Positions 1 to 9,811 of a stretch of 64,000 nt of DNA are shown one piece after another. This DNA comes from Candidatus Liptonbacteria bacterium (GTDB lineage: Bacteria; Patescibacteriota; Minisyncoccia; UBA6257; JACOXY01). The stretch is from positions 7,234-71,233 of the forward strand of contig JACOXY010000014.1 in assembly GCA_016182095.1 (NCBI GenBank), in the 5' to 3' direction. Each line of letters starts with the position of its first letter. Positions within the stretch are counted from its first letter, which is position 1. Position numbers and translations under genes: made by a program. Below the pieces are notes generated by a model that saw nothing but the letters and a program-made list of their open reading frames with translations, made no database searches and was not told where the DNA came from.

Positions 1-164
1 AATTTAGCGTCCAAAATATTATTGGCATGAAAGGCCAATTGCGGATGATGCTCTATAGGGCCAGATTTGTAGTAATATATTTTTTTGCCTCGGGACATGA
101 TTCCAGTGTTATTTATATAATCATAAAGCTAAAGAAGGGCGCTTTCAATAAGACAACAGCGAGC

Positions 165-1253
165 TTATTGCTCGCTGTAATTTTCGTAGGTTTCCATTGA
201 GTATAGGAAATTTGGCAATATTTTGTTAAAGTAATCTTCCTGCAAAAACTGAAACAAATCTTCCGGCTCGTAAAATAACCTTGAGACAGTGTTGAATTTC
301 TTGATAAAGGGACTTGCTTCCGCGGGGTGGACCACAAAAACATCTTTGGTGCCCAAATAGGCCAGAAGCCGTTCGTCGGTAACTCCGGGAGACGCCAAAA
401 CTCTGGGAAAATAAACAATATTTTTGTCGCTCTGTGCCAACTGCCACTTCATATCTCGGCGCACTGTTTGTTCATGCTCTGCGGATTCAATAATAAATCC
501 TTTAATTTTCAGCTTTTCTTCTCCGGCCGCAGTGCCCATGTCAACAGTCAGGGGATTAAAAACGACAAAATATTTGTTTAGCTCATTAATAAATTTCAGA
601 ATCTTTATTTGATCCTCCTTGCTGCGCAAATGGGTAATAGGCATGGACACATAAACTTTTTCAACCTCCGGATAAAAAACCAGGTTAAAAAGCGTGGAGA
701 GCGGCTGTCCCGAAGTAATGACGTAATGCGGCTTTCTGAAAATCCTAGCCACCAGTTTCGTGTCATTTACTTCAACATTCTGCCACAAGAGAATGTCTTT
801 GGATGTCAGATTCTGATATTTCCACTGATCTCTCTTGCCAATGCGCCCAAAAATTTCCGTACTGCCATCAATAAAGGTTACATACATATCCGGCTTAAGA
901 TCGGGAAAGTAGGCGGGGTCAAAAGCAATATCATAACCGACATTGTAGTAGAAGTCGGCGTGAGCGTTTATAATCAGCACATCGTTTTCCGCAAGCTCTT
1001 TCTTTAAATTAGAACCCTCTGGCCCGATGATTAGATCGTAAGCGTCGGCTTTGAGAGCGGTTAGAAGGTCTTCGTGGGCGTTATTGACATTTTTCGGCGA
1101 AAGATAAACGCCTATCTTCTCGGCTCGCTCGAAAAGCATTTTACCCAAATTATAAAGCTTAACTTTCTTTTTGTGTTTTTTGGCAAATTGCACAAAGGAT
1201 CTAAGATATTCTGATCTCCCCGATCCCGATATGCCAGTCGCGAAAACCAGCAT
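165..1253 (-). CDS. P-loop NTPase (nucleotide-kinase-like N-terminus, possible nucleoside deoxyribosyltransferase-like C-terminal domain)
   Basis: N-terminal GISGSGRS P-loop; C-terminal KVYVSMPITH...VFNP motif; near tmk. Confidence 0.5.
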   Translation of the reverse strand: MLVFATGISGSGRSEYLRSFVQFAKKHKKKVKLYNLGKMLFERAEKIGVYLSPKNVNNAHEDLLTALKADAYDLIIGPEGSNLKKELAENDVLIINAHADFYYNVGYDIAFDPAYFPDLKPDMYVTFIDGSTEIFGRIGKRDQWKYQNLTSKDILLWQNVEVNDTKLVARIFRKPHYVITSGQPLSTLFNLVFYPEVEKVYVSMPITHLRSKEDQIKILKFINELNKYFVVFNPLTVDMGTAAGEEKLKIKGFIIESAEHEQTVRRDMKWQLAQSDKNIVYFPRVLASPGVTDERLLAYLGTKDVFVVHPAEASPFIKKFNTVSRLFYEPEDLFQFLQEDYFNKILPNFLYSMETYENYSEQ

Positions 1254-1331
1254 TTATTTACCTCATTTATGTATTTTCTACTAAAACAATCGCATAAAAA
1301 AAATAAAAAAACAAGCGCGCTTTGTGGCGCG

Positions 1332-1652
1332 CTAATTAGAGTATTTTGAATTCAGATCTTGAAGCATTTCTCGCCATCTGTCATCCGTGCCGCCCACGAT
1401 TTCCGCAGTCTTAAGAGGATAGAAAAAAGTCATGATATAGGGGCCGTCATCCGTAAGCGTCAATCTGAATGCGGCGCCCACATCAAACCTGCGGCAAAAG
1501 TCCTTGATAAATTGCTTACTCTGCAGCACCTTATCAGAAGATTCCCATTCGGAATAAGGAATAAATGTGAGGAGGGTTCTGAATTTAGCGGTGAAATCGG
1601 CAAGTTCTTTAAAGGATTCGCCGAAGCGCCCGATTAGTTCTCCTTGCTTCAT
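1332..1652 (-). CDS. hypothetical protein
   Basis: 106-aa ORF with GAGGAGG SD upstream, co-oriented with neighbours. Confidence 0.6.
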   Translation of the reverse strand: MKQGELIGRFGESFKELADFTAKFRTLLTFIPYSEWESSDKVLQSKQFIKDFCRRFDVGAAFRLTLTDDGPYIMTFFYPLKTAEIVGGTDDRWREMLQDLNSKYSN

Positions 1653-1694
1653 TGGACCTCCTCGCCCCCTGGCTTTCCTGAAACTATTGCTATT

Positions 1695-2381
1695 TTACCA
1701 CAAATTGAGTTTAAAGCAAATGGTATTAAAGACTTCATCTAAAGACTCGCTAGCATCAATTGCATAAAGCGTCCTGTAAAAATCCTTATTTTTCAGAAGC
1801 TTTTTGTAGGCCGCCCTAGTTTTTTTTATCTTGGACAGAGTTTCATAGATGTCTGTCTGTTTGCCGGATAATTTGAGCCGCTCGACCGCAGTTTGCGGGT
1901 CAAGGTCAAAGTATAAAATAATGTCCGGCCGCAAATAGACATCTTCCAAAATTTGCTTTTGGCGCTTTCGCAGGGTTTCTTCGGAAATATCCTTGGTGGC
2001 TCCGTAGGCAAAAGTGCTCATTTCATACCTGTCCTGCAATACTGTTGCGCCCCTGGCTATTTTAGGGATAACGGTATGAATAAGATTTTCGCGCCTGTCG
2101 GCCATATAAATTGACTGACGCTCCAGTTCGGTAAGTTCCTTGCCATCTTCAAGCTTTTCAATAACCCCGGGTATGAGCTTTCTGTTTTTGGCCTCCTTTA
2201 TAAGCTCGGGCGATATTTCACGTTTTTCTACAATCCTCCTTATGATTTTGCCGTAAGGGCTTGCCTTGGTCGGCTCATGGTTAAAAAAGGCCCGCCCTCC
2301 CTTGGAGTTAATCCTGTCTGCCAACATTTTCATCTGCGTAGTTTTTCCGGTACATGTTATGCCCTCGGCAACTATGAACAT
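1695..2381 (-). CDS. tmk: thymidylate kinase
   Basis: FIVAEGITCTGKTTQ P-loop, HEPT, ADR, LQDRY, PD..LYFDLDP motifs. Confidence 0.93.
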   Translation of the reverse strand: MFIVAEGITCTGKTTQMKMLADRINSKGGRAFFNHEPTKASPYGKIIRRIVEKREISPELIKEAKNRKLIPGVIEKLEDGKELTELERQSIYMADRRENLIHTVIPKIARGATVLQDRYEMSTFAYGATKDISEETLRKRQKQILEDVYLRPDIILYFDLDPQTAVERLKLSGKQTDIYETLSKIKKTRAAYKKLLKNKDFYRTLYAIDASESLDEVFNTICFKLNLW

Positions 2382-2431
2382 AAAAATATAGTACCATATT
2401 GGGTACTATATTTTATAATGCAAAGTTTATT

Positions 2432-2860
2432 TTATTGCCCCTCGATTGTTATTCCCATTGATCTCGCCGTGCCTTCAATGATTTTTTCTGCCGCTTCAAT
2501 ATCGTGAGCATTTAAATCAACCATTTTTTTCTCTGCAATTTCACGCACTTGCGCCTTCGTTACCTTTCCTACTTTCGTCTTCAGGGGGTCGGCGGAACCC
2601 TTATCCAGACCGGCCGCTTTTTTTAAAAGCGCTGAAGCTGGCGGAGTTTTAAGCTTAAAAGTAAAACTCCTGTCTTCATATATGGTAATAACCGCGGGCA
2701 CCACGTCCCCCGTCATTTCTTTTGTGGAATCGTTAAATTGCTTACAGAAGTCCTGTATGTTTATGCCATGGGGCCCGAGCGCCGTTCCCACGGGAGGGGC
2801 CGGGTTCGCTTTTCCGGCCTCTAATTGCAATTTTAAAGTTGTTTTGATTTTCTTGGCCAT
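2432..2860 (-). CDS. rplK: 50S ribosomal protein L11
   Basis: [25 protein letters not shown]. Confidence 0.99.
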   Translation of the reverse strand: MAKKIKTTLKLQLEAGKANPAPPVGTALGPHGINIQDFCKQFNDSTKEMTGDVVPAVITIYEDRSFTFKLKTPPASALLKKAAGLDKGSADPLKTKVGKVTKAQVREIAEKKMVDLNAHDIEAAEKIIEGTARSMGITIEGQ

Positions 2861-2986
2861 CCCTCACTCAAGAAGGGGTATTATTTTGCCTTCTTGTTAT
2901 TCTTAGTAATCCGTTACTAATCTTTTGGGTTATATTACCACCCCAGGGGGCATTAGGGCAAGAGCTTGCCCCTTCTTGAGTGAGGG
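2861..2986. mobile_element. CCCTCACT-family TIR mini-element abutting the rplK start codon
   Basis: Perfect 20-bp inverted repeat ATCCCTCACTCAAGAAGGGG at 2859-2878 / 2969-2988. Confidence 0.75.
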
Positions 2987-3061
2987 ATAAATCCAATCAT
3001 GCAAACAAATTTATGTATTTGGTTTACTTTTTGTAGTTCCGATATGAAGCGGAAACAAAAA

Positions 3062-3619
3062 CTATATTTTTTTCACCTGCAGTGAATCAATCTCCACCGC
3101 CGTATCTCTGCCGAAAATCGGCACCATAACCTTGACCTTGCCCTTCTCCTCATCTACTTCCGCAATCTTGCCATCATAATCCTTAAAGGGGCCGTCGGTA
3201 ATCTTTACCATCTCCCCCACGCGCAATTCAACGGTCATCTTGGGCTCACCTTCTCCCATCTGACCTAAAAGAAAATCAACTTCTTCCTTAGAAAGCGGGG
3301 TGGGCACGGTTGAGTCGGCGCCAACGAATCCAGTAACGCGCGGGGTATTTCGTACTATATACCATGATTCTTCGGTCAAAATCATGTCCACCAAAACATA
3401 TCCTGGATAAATTTTCTCCTCAATAGTCTGACGCTTGCCGTTTTTAATCCTTATCTTTTTTTCTTTTGGAACCAAGACATTGAAAATTTTGTCCCCGGCC
3501 TCAAGCGATTCTATTCTTTGCGTTAAGTAGCGAACGACGGCATCTTCGTATCCGGCGTAGGTGTGAATTGCGTACCAATGCCTATTTTTGGTTGTTTTTA
3601 CTTCTTGTTGGTCTTTCAT
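3062..3619 (-). CDS. nusG: transcription antitermination factor NusG
   Basis: WYAIHTYAGYE, YPGYVLV, RNTPRVTGFVG, KOW domain. Confidence 0.98.
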   Translation of the reverse strand: MKDQQEVKTTKNRHWYAIHTYAGYEDAVVRYLTQRIESLEAGDKIFNVLVPKEKKIRIKNGKRQTIEEKIYPGYVLVDMILTEESWYIVRNTPRVTGFVGADSTVPTPLSKEEVDFLLGQMGEGEPKMTVELRVGEMVKITDGPFKDYDGKIAEVDEEKGKVKVMVPIFGRDTAVEIDSLQVKKI

Positions 3620-3624
3620 GGCAC

Positions 3625-3750
3625 ATAATGCGAAATTTGCAAATTTATTATGCCTATAGCCTGTCGGCTCGGCCGATTAAGGCGAATACCGCGAAAATTG
3701 ATTCTGAACTTTCGCACCATTCGCATACGGTTTTAGTTGTTTCGCATTAT
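3625..3750. repeat. intergenic hairpin built of GCGAA/TTCGC short repeats
   Basis: ATAATGCGAAA 3625-3635 / TTTCGCATTAT 3740-3750 with internal GCGAA(A/T) copies. Confidence 0.6.
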
Positions 3751-3767
3751 ATATATAATTTTGAAAA

Positions 3768-4079
3768 CTATTGCATTGGCTCTGCCGGAGGAACTGTTGT
3801 TACGTCCACATCTCCGGTTGCGCCCACTCCCCCGACTTCAAAATTCGGTAAATTAGCTGATTCAAGCGGCGCGGCATTTGTTGGGTTATTGTCGCCCTGG
3901 ACTATCATTTTCACCCCTTCTAAAAACAAAAAATCAAATACACCCAGAAATGAGGCAAGGGCGACCGAAATAACAATAACAATGCCGGTTAAACGCATCG
4001 TCTCTTCTCTTGTGGGCCAATTAACGCGCATTAATTCCTTGCGGGATTCCTGCAGGAATAATTTGATTTTGTGAAACAT
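3768..4079 (-). CDS. secE: preprotein translocase SecE with low-complexity C-terminal extension
   Basis: ELMRVNWPTREE motif plus one TM helix; directly upstream of nusG. Confidence 0.93.
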   Translation of the reverse strand: MFHKIKLFLQESRKELMRVNWPTREETMRLTGIVIVISVALASFLGVFDFLFLEGVKMIVQGDNNPTNAAPLESANLPNFEVGGVGATGDVDVTTVPPAEPMQ

Positions 4080-4160
4080 GCTAAATTTATTTTCCGCCTT
4101 AGGCGGATCAGCTTTGGCTGAAAATTGATTAATCGATAAAATTTAACTATAAATTCTTGC

Positions 4161-4197
4161 ACCCCGTTAGATGGCGGCTCCGCCTATCTAACGGGGT
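4161..4197. repeat. CCCCGTTAGA-family short palindrome
   Basis: ACCCCGTTAGAT...ATCTAACGGGGT; same arm as 29783-29896. Confidence 0.7.
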
Positions 4198-4386
4198 AAG
4201 GTTTTGTAACTGCAATTTGTTCGCGTCTACGCTCCAAATTTTAGACAAAGCCCTTAAAAAAGAGCGGAGCGCCCTTATTTGTTACATGATACCAGAAAAT
4301 CCCAAAAAAGCAACTCCCCTTCCCCCGAAGACTGCCCAACTAAAGTCCTTGAACATAAGTTAATTATACCACATTAACATTAAAAT

Positions 4387-7300
4387 CTAAATATCTAAAT
4401 TTTTGACCCCAGCGGCGTGAGTTTGGATAAATTGTTTTCTGGGCTCAACTTCGTCGCCCATTAAAATATCAAAAAGTTTATCGGCGTCTTCGGCATCTTT
4501 TACGGTTACAACCAGCATTTTGCGGGTAGCGGGATTCATGGTGGTATCCCAAAGCTGATCCGGATTCATCTCGCCCAAACCTTTATATCGCTGAACATTA
4601 ACCGCAACTCGCCTATCCCCCGCCGCCTCTTCAGCGTCCGCTTTCTCCGCTTCTTTTAATTCATGCTTTCCGGCTCGCGCTTTGCCAAATTTCACGATGA
4701 TCGCTTCTTTTTCGTTTTCATTATATGCATACTGAACCTCTTTGCCTGATTGAATTCTAAAAAGCGGCGGCTGGGCTATGTAAAGATAGCCGCCATGAAT
4801 AACCTGCGGAAAATAACGATAGAAAAGGGTGAGTAGCAGGGTGCGAATGTGCGCCCCATCAACGTCGGCATCGGTCATAATAACAATCTTGTGGTAACGA
4901 ATTTTTTCTATATTAAAGTCCTGGGCGATGGCGGTCCCCAGAGCCATCACCAGCGCGCGGATTTCTTTATTGGCAAGCATTTTATCTATGCGCGATTTTT
5001 CTACATTCAAAATTTTCCCGCGCAAAGGAAGTATTGCCTGCGTGCGCCGATCGCGGCCCATTTTTCCGCTATTGTGCACAAACACGCCAGAAGCCAATGC
5101 GAAATTATGAGTTTTAGGAACTTCAAGGTCATAAACATCAACTTTTTCATTAAGCCAAAGGATTTCTTTAATTTTGTGGTTATGACGCTCTACTGCTTCA
5201 ACTAAATTTCTTGCGTCGCTTCCAAAAAATCTTTTAACAATAGTTTCGGCGCGTAGCAAGTTTTTGTCATTAGTTGCTTTTCTTAGATTCTCATACTCAC
5301 TAAAGTCAATTTCGCCTTTAGTTTCGTAGATACCGCGCAAAGCTTGCAGGGCTTTCTGCTTATAGGTTTCGTTATAAGCAAGTTTTCTCCTTAAACGAAA
5401 TTCGGGCGTCCATTGATCTTTGGTTTTGCCGCTGCGCCATTTTTTAAGCTTCTCATCATTCCATTGTATTTTAGCGAATTCGGAGTAAGCAAGACGTTTT
5501 TCTGGATGGTTTTCAAAATAAGCTCGCGTGCGATTCGCTTGATCGCGCCGATTTTTTTCTTCTGACCAATATTCTTTTTGCGCTCTGCTTAAAATGCTCG
5601 CGCTCTGTGCCCGATAGGCCGCATTATTGTGATAAAAATCCAAAAATTTATCAGTCATAAATTGCTTATAATCTTTGTCTTGCCACTGTTTTTGGGCACG
5701 CTCACTTAGCATCTTTCTCATTTGTGGAGTAGACATGCTGGCTCTAATTTTATTCCTGTATTCAGGTGTCTGCCTTATTAGACGAAGTTTTTCTAAAACT
5801 TGAGGGGATCGCAAAAAAATATCCGCCATTTTACGATGCAGGCCTAAATGATCTTCGCTTGAAAGTCGTGTAATATTTTCCGGGTTATTGTTTAGTTTAT
5901 TGAAATCTATATGGTGTCTGTGCGCGCCAATGCTTTTTTCGTAAATATTATTTTTCAGATTATAGTCGTCAGATAGCATGTGGGTAAAAATCCATTTCTG
6001 GTTCTGCGAATTAAAAACCATTTCGTATCCGTCAATTGTAATGCGACCGCCAATTTTGGATATTTTTTTGTATAACGGCATTAGCGAGTCTTGCGATAAA
6101 AGATCCCTAGCTTTTTTATAAGAACCATTAAGAAGCATGAATTCGTGGTCTGGCGTACAAATAATTTCCTCGCCATTATCAAGCACAACTTTAACAACTT
6201 CTGTATTCTTTTTAGTAATCCTAGGATAAACTATTTTCTGTATTGCAACTGCCCCATCTTTATCAATGGTGTAGCAATAGTTTTGTATGCCTTTTTTATC
6301 CTCATGGACCAAATCCTTAAAAGACAAATTGCGTCCATCAGCCAGTGAAACTTTTGTGTTGCCCGAAAAACATCCTCCGGCTGAATCGCCTTCCACTATA
6401 AACAATTCCGATTCGGCCGGGTCTCGCGATGAGCAATCGGCTAATTTCCCTGGCAAGGTTAAGCCCTCAAGAATTCCTTTTCGCAAAACGGTGTCTTTCG
6501 CGGCCTTAGCGGCTTTGCGAGCTTTAGCCGCAAGCAAACACTTTTCAACCATTCTCCGCGCGTCAGCCGGATGTTTCTCTAAAAATTCTTTCAAAGACTC
6601 GCTTACCACCGATTCAACAACCGTTCTCGCCTCCGGAGTCCCAAGGCGGGCTTTGGTTTGCCCTTCAAATTGCGGTTGGGAAAGTTTAACGGAAATGACC
6701 GCCACCAAACCTTCGCGCACGTCATCGCCCGTCAAATTGTCGTCTTTTTCCTTTAAGTAACCCTCGGTTCGCGCGTAAGAATTGATGGCGCGGCTCAAAG
6801 CCGATTTAAACCCGGTTGAGTGCATGCCGCCATCGGAAGTATAGATGTTGTTGGCAAAACTTAACTCTTTTGATTCAATATCCTCGGTATAAGTAAAAGC
6901 TACTTCTACTTCTATGTTATTTTCGCTTTTTTGGATGTAAAAAGGATCGTCCTGCAGAACTTTCGCGGCAGGAGTAAGGTGCCGCAAAAACGAAAGCAGT
7001 CCGCCGTCAAATTTAAGGGCGTAATATTTTGGCGCGTCAGTCCTTAAATCCCAAAAGTCAATTCTAACTCCCTTTGTTAAAAACGCCTGCTGGCGCAAGT
7101 GGTCCAAAATATACTTCCAATCAAATTTAATCTCTCCGCCACCGGTTGAAAAAATCTCCGGGTCTGGCTCAAAAATAACTTTAGTGCCAATTTGATCGCA
7201 TTTACCGACCCTCTTCACGACTTTCTTCGCCTTGCCTCGTTCATATTCTTGCTCATAAAGATAGCCATCCCGACAAACTTCGGCTTTAAGATAAATTGAG

Positions 7301-7716
7301 AGCGCGTTAACCACAGAAACCCCAACGCCATGCAAACCACCGGAAACTTTATAAGAATCACCGCCAAATTTGCCCCCGGCGTGAAGCGTGGTCATAACTG
7401 TTTCCAGGGCGGATTTTTTCGTCTGCTTATGAATATCAACCGGGATGCCGCGCCCATTATCGGTAACCGCCACCCTATTCCCCGGCAAAAGCTCAACTTT
7501 GATAGCAGTGGCATACCCAGCCATCGCCTCATCAATAGAATTATCAACCACTTCCCAAATCAGGTGGTGCAAGCCGGCGCTGTCGGTTGTGCCAATATAC
7601 ATCCCGGGGCGCTTTCTTACCGGCTCAAGACCCTCCAAAACATAGATGTCCTTTGCTTCATAGCTCGCGTGCTTTGACGCGTCTGGAGTTTTTTTAGTTT
7701 CTTTTACTTTTGCCAT
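4387..7716 (-). CDS. gyrB: DNA gyrase subunit B containing an intein
   Basis: EPVRKRPGMYIG, GGLHGVG, EGDSAGG, PLRGKILN, MTDADVDG, QRYKGLGEM. Confidence 0.98.
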   Translation of the reverse strand: MAKVKETKKTPDASKHASYEAKDIYVLEGLEPVRKRPGMYIGTTDSAGLHHLIWEVVDNSIDEAMAGYATAIKVELLPGNRVAVTDNGRGIPVDIHKQTKKSALETVMTTLHAGGKFGGDSYKVSGGLHGVGVSVVNALSIYLKAEVCRDGYLYEQEYERGKAKKVVKRVGKCDQIGTKVIFEPDPEIFSTGGGEIKFDWKYILDHLRQQAFLTKGVRIDFWDLRTDAPKYYALKFDGGLLSFLRHLTPAAKVLQDDPFYIQKSENNIEVEVAFTYTEDIESKELSFANNIYTSDGGMHSTGFKSALSRAINSYARTEGYLKEKDDNLTGDDVREGLVAVISVKLSQPQFEGQTKARLGTPEARTVVESVVSESLKEFLEKHPADARRMVEKCLLAAKARKAAKAAKDTVLRKGILEGLTLPGKLADCSSRDPAESELFIVEGDSAGGCFSGNTKVSLADGRNLSFKDLVHEDKKGIQNYCYTIDKDGAVAIQKIVYPRITKKNTEVVKVVLDNGEEIICTPDHEFMLLNGSYKKARDLLSQDSLMPLYKKISKIGGRITIDGYEMVFNSQNQKWIFTHMLSDDYNLKNNIYEKSIGAHRHHIDFNKLNNNPENITRLSSEDHLGLHRKMADIFLRSPQVLEKLRLIRQTPEYRNKIRASMSTPQMRKMLSERAQKQWQDKDYKQFMTDKFLDFYHNNAAYRAQSASILSRAQKEYWSEEKNRRDQANRTRAYFENHPEKRLAYSEFAKIQWNDEKLKKWRSGKTKDQWTPEFRLRRKLAYNETYKQKALQALRGIYETKGEIDFSEYENLRKATNDKNLLRAETIVKRFFGSDARNLVEAVERHNHKIKEILWLNEKVDVYDLEVPKTHNFALASGVFVHNSGKMGRDRRTQAILPLRGKILNVEKSRIDKMLANKEIRALVMALGTAIAQDFNIEKIRYHKIVIMTDADVDGAHIRTLLLTLFYRYFPQVIHGGYLYIAQPPLFRIQSGKEVQYAYNENEKEAIIVKFGKARAGKHELKEAEKADAEEAAGDRRVAVNVQRYKGLGEMNPDQLWDTTMNPATRKMLVVTVKDAEDADKLFDILMGDEVEPRKQFIQTHAAGVKNLDI
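5071..6372 (-). mobile_element. intein (434 aa) with HNH-type endonuclease motif in the GyrB TOPRIM domain
   Basis: EGDSAGG|CFSGNT start, CTPDHEF block B, HHIDFNKLNNNPEN HNH motif, VYDLEV..THNF..GVFVHN|S end. Confidence 0.95.
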
Positions 7717-7909
7717 TTTTAAATGAAGAGCGTAGCGATGAATCTACAAAAATGAGCACCCCGCTCTAATTTTGCTATCACCATATCTTAAAATTCAGTT
7801 GGAACTATTTATATGATATTTGGTGCGACCTGCGCGTGCCGAATAGGCACATCCCGCTAATGGGCGAAGCGGGTCGCCATGGCATATTCCGCAAAATTAG
7901 AGCGGGGTA
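7717..7909 (-). mobile_element. CCCCGC-family TIR element with conserved tail at the gyrB start; ATGGC duplicated
   Basis: 18-bp IR 7758-7775 / 7891-7908; GCCAT at 7712-7716 and 7910-7914; tail shared with the parB and rpsR copies. Confidence 0.7.
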
Positions 7910-8026
7910 GCCATCTCAACAAAATAATGCTCCCCCCAGGAGCTAGATTTTCTTAATATTTTATACTTACAGTTTAGCATAAAACGAGTCTAAAAACAAC
8001 AGAAATTGGACTTAAAAAGCAACGCT

Positions 8027-8172
8027 ACCCCGCACTAAATTCCGCACATTATTTGCTCTAAACTGCTTTTATTATCGTCACGGAAACCGCCTCAACTCCG
8101 GGTAGTGAATTGAATGAGTTTCGGCTTTGGCAAGCGCTCTTTGTTCGCTAACATAGAGAATTAGCGCGGGGT
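8027..8172. repeat. CCCCGC-family hairpin element
   Basis: ACCCCGCACTAAATT ... AATTAGCGCGGGGT imperfect inverted repeat. Confidence 0.55.
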
Positions 8173-8242
8173 TCTGTTGCTTGTAGCTTTTCGAACTGCG
8201 CGCTTCGCGCTTGTTCTTAAAGACAAGCAACGAAAAAGAGGG

Positions 8243-8704
8243 CTATTTGCCCTCTCCATAATACGTGAAAACCAAGTTCGCGAGCCTCACAATAGCTTCT
8301 TCAAAAGTGGGCGCGCCACAGCAAAGGCGATGATCAACGCTGGGCTGACCGTCAGGAAATATCTTTCTCATTTCTTCCGCTTGCCCGGGGTAAGCAGTAA
8401 ACTCCTTTTCATAGTCGTTGACCTTGATCAATGGCCCGCACTCCAGCCAAACACGAGTTTCGGTATTTTTCGCCTCATCGTCATCAACTTCTTTAGTCAA
8501 GGGATTTACCTTGACCGCATCCCAGTCAAGGTACACATTAAAAGCGCTTCCCAAAATTCCATCATCAAAAATCGGGTGCTCCTCCAAAAATCTGCACGAT
8601 TCGTAGAAATCGGTAAATCTTTCTTGCGGTTCACCAGAAATAAAATCTCCAAGCATTTCTCTCGGCGACTTGCCACCAGGAAGTTTTCCAAAGCCAACAG
8701 CCAT
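8243..8704 (-). CDS. hypothetical protein
   Basis: 153-aa ORF with globular composition and AAGGTAGG upstream. Confidence 0.6.
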   Translation of the reverse strand: MAVGFGKLPGGKSPREMLGDFISGEPQERFTDFYESCRFLEEHPIFDDGILGSAFNVYLDWDAVKVNPLTKEVDDDEAKNTETRVWLECGPLIKVNDYEKEFTAYPGQAEEMRKIFPDGQPSVDHRLCCGAPTFEEAIVRLANLVFTYYGEGK

Positions 8705-8771
8705 TACAACCTACCTTTCTGTAAGAGTAGCTGATATTCTTATAGCAAAGTGAGTAAAAATTAGCAAATTT

Positions 8772-8812
8772 GACTTATGGGACTAATAGGACTTATAAGT
8801 CTTATAAGACCA
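8772..8812. repeat. 9-nt periodic repeats upstream of the four-helix-bundle gene
   Basis: GGACTAATA / GGACTTATA / AGTCTTATA units. Confidence 0.7.
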
Positions 8813-8821
8813 ATAAAACAT

Positions 8822-9370
8822 ATGTCTTATAAAGATTTAAAATCCTACCAGCAAGCGACAATAGTTTATGACTTTACTTTTGAATTCTGCAATCGTTACA
8901 TTGATAAAAGATCGCGCACTCACGATCAAATGGTGCAAGCCGCGCGCTCCGGGAAGCAAAACACAGTAGAAGGTTCCAGCGAAAAAACATCAGAAAAAAG
9001 CGAGCTGAAATTAATCGGGATAGCGCGTGGCTCATTGCAAAAACTTTTGGAAGATTATGAGGATTACTTAAGACAAAATGGGTTAAAACAATGGGGGAAA
9101 GACGGTCGGCGAGCAATTGAAATTAGAAATTTGTCTTATATGTTAAATAGGTCTTATTTGACCTATGAGTCTTATATTGGGAATCAAGAAGCCGCGGCTA
9201 ATGTAGCGATTTGCTTAATCCACCAGACAAACTATTTATTGGATCGCCAGATTAAAACATTAGAAAATGAATTTGTCTTGCGCGGCGGCTACAATGAAAA
9301 TCTCACAAGAAAACGCAACGAAGAGAAGAAAAGGGATATAATACAAAATTTTTGGAGAAAACAGCAATAA
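8822..9370 (+). CDS. four-helix-bundle protein (23S rRNA intervening-sequence protein-like, with suffix domain)
   Basis: YKDLKSYQ, DQMVQAARSGKQN.VEG, ARGSL..LLEDYEDYL, ANVAICLIHQTNYLLDRQ; start taken at 8822 because upstream codons are repeat-derived. Confidence 0.85.
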   Translation: MSYKDLKSYQQATIVYDFTFEFCNRYIDKRSRTHDQMVQAARSGKQNTVEGSSEKTSEKSELKLIGIARGSLQKLLEDYEDYLRQNGLKQWGKDGRRAIEIRNLSYMLNRSYLTYESYIGNQEAAANVAICLIHQTNYLLDRQIKTLENEFVLRGGYNENLTRKRNEEKKRDIIQNFWRKQQ

Positions 9371-9395
9371 AAAATACGGTTCGCAAACCGCATTT

Positions 9396-9442
9396 TATAA
9401 GTCCCATGGGGCCTATTGGACTAATAAGTCTTATAGGACTTA
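9396..9442. repeat. 9-nt periodic repeats downstream of the four-helix-bundle gene
   Basis: ATAAGTCCCATGGGGCCTATTGGACTAATAAGTCTTATAGGACTTA; partly complementary to 8772-8812. Confidence 0.7.
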
Positions 9443-9811
9443 TCTTCCAAGTGTCGCCCTGATCTTTGCCACCACCTCATTCAAATTCAGCGTCGCTTTT
9501 ACCAAATAATACGCCGGTTCATATTTAATTACATCCGCCATCACCTTGTCATCAGGAATTTGATTGGTTAAAACCACTATCGGAACTTTTTTACCCAACG
9601 GATCAGCCCGAAGTTTTTCCATAACTTTAATGCCGCTCATCTTTGGCATTAGAAGGTCTAAAAGTATCATATCCGGCTTTTGGCTTAAGGCAGCAGTAAG
9701 GCCCTCTTCGCCATCTTTCGCCTCAAGGACTTCAAATCCTTCGTTTAATAATGTGTCCACTAACGCGGCGCGTAGCGGAGTTTCGTCTTCAACAATAAGA
9801 ATTTTTGCCAT
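9440..9811 (-). CDS. single-domain response regulator
   Basis: KILIVEDE, PDMILLDLLMP.M.G, IVVLTN, YLVK. Confidence 0.93.
   Translation of the reverse strand: MAKILIVEDETPLRAALVDTLLNEGFEVLEAKDGEEGLTAALSQKPDMILLDLLMPKMSGIKVMEKLRADPLGKKVPIVVLTNQIPDDKVMADVIKYEPAYYLVKATLNLNEVVAKIRATLGR

Noticed and set aside
7810-7885. Hammerhead ribozyme in the three-way junction inside the gyrB element
   Set aside because: The CUGAUGA/GAAA catalytic core is not present.
8777-9370. Diversity-generating retroelement (Avd-like fold)
   Set aside because: No reverse transcriptase and no TR/VR pair with adenine-specific mismatches in the window.
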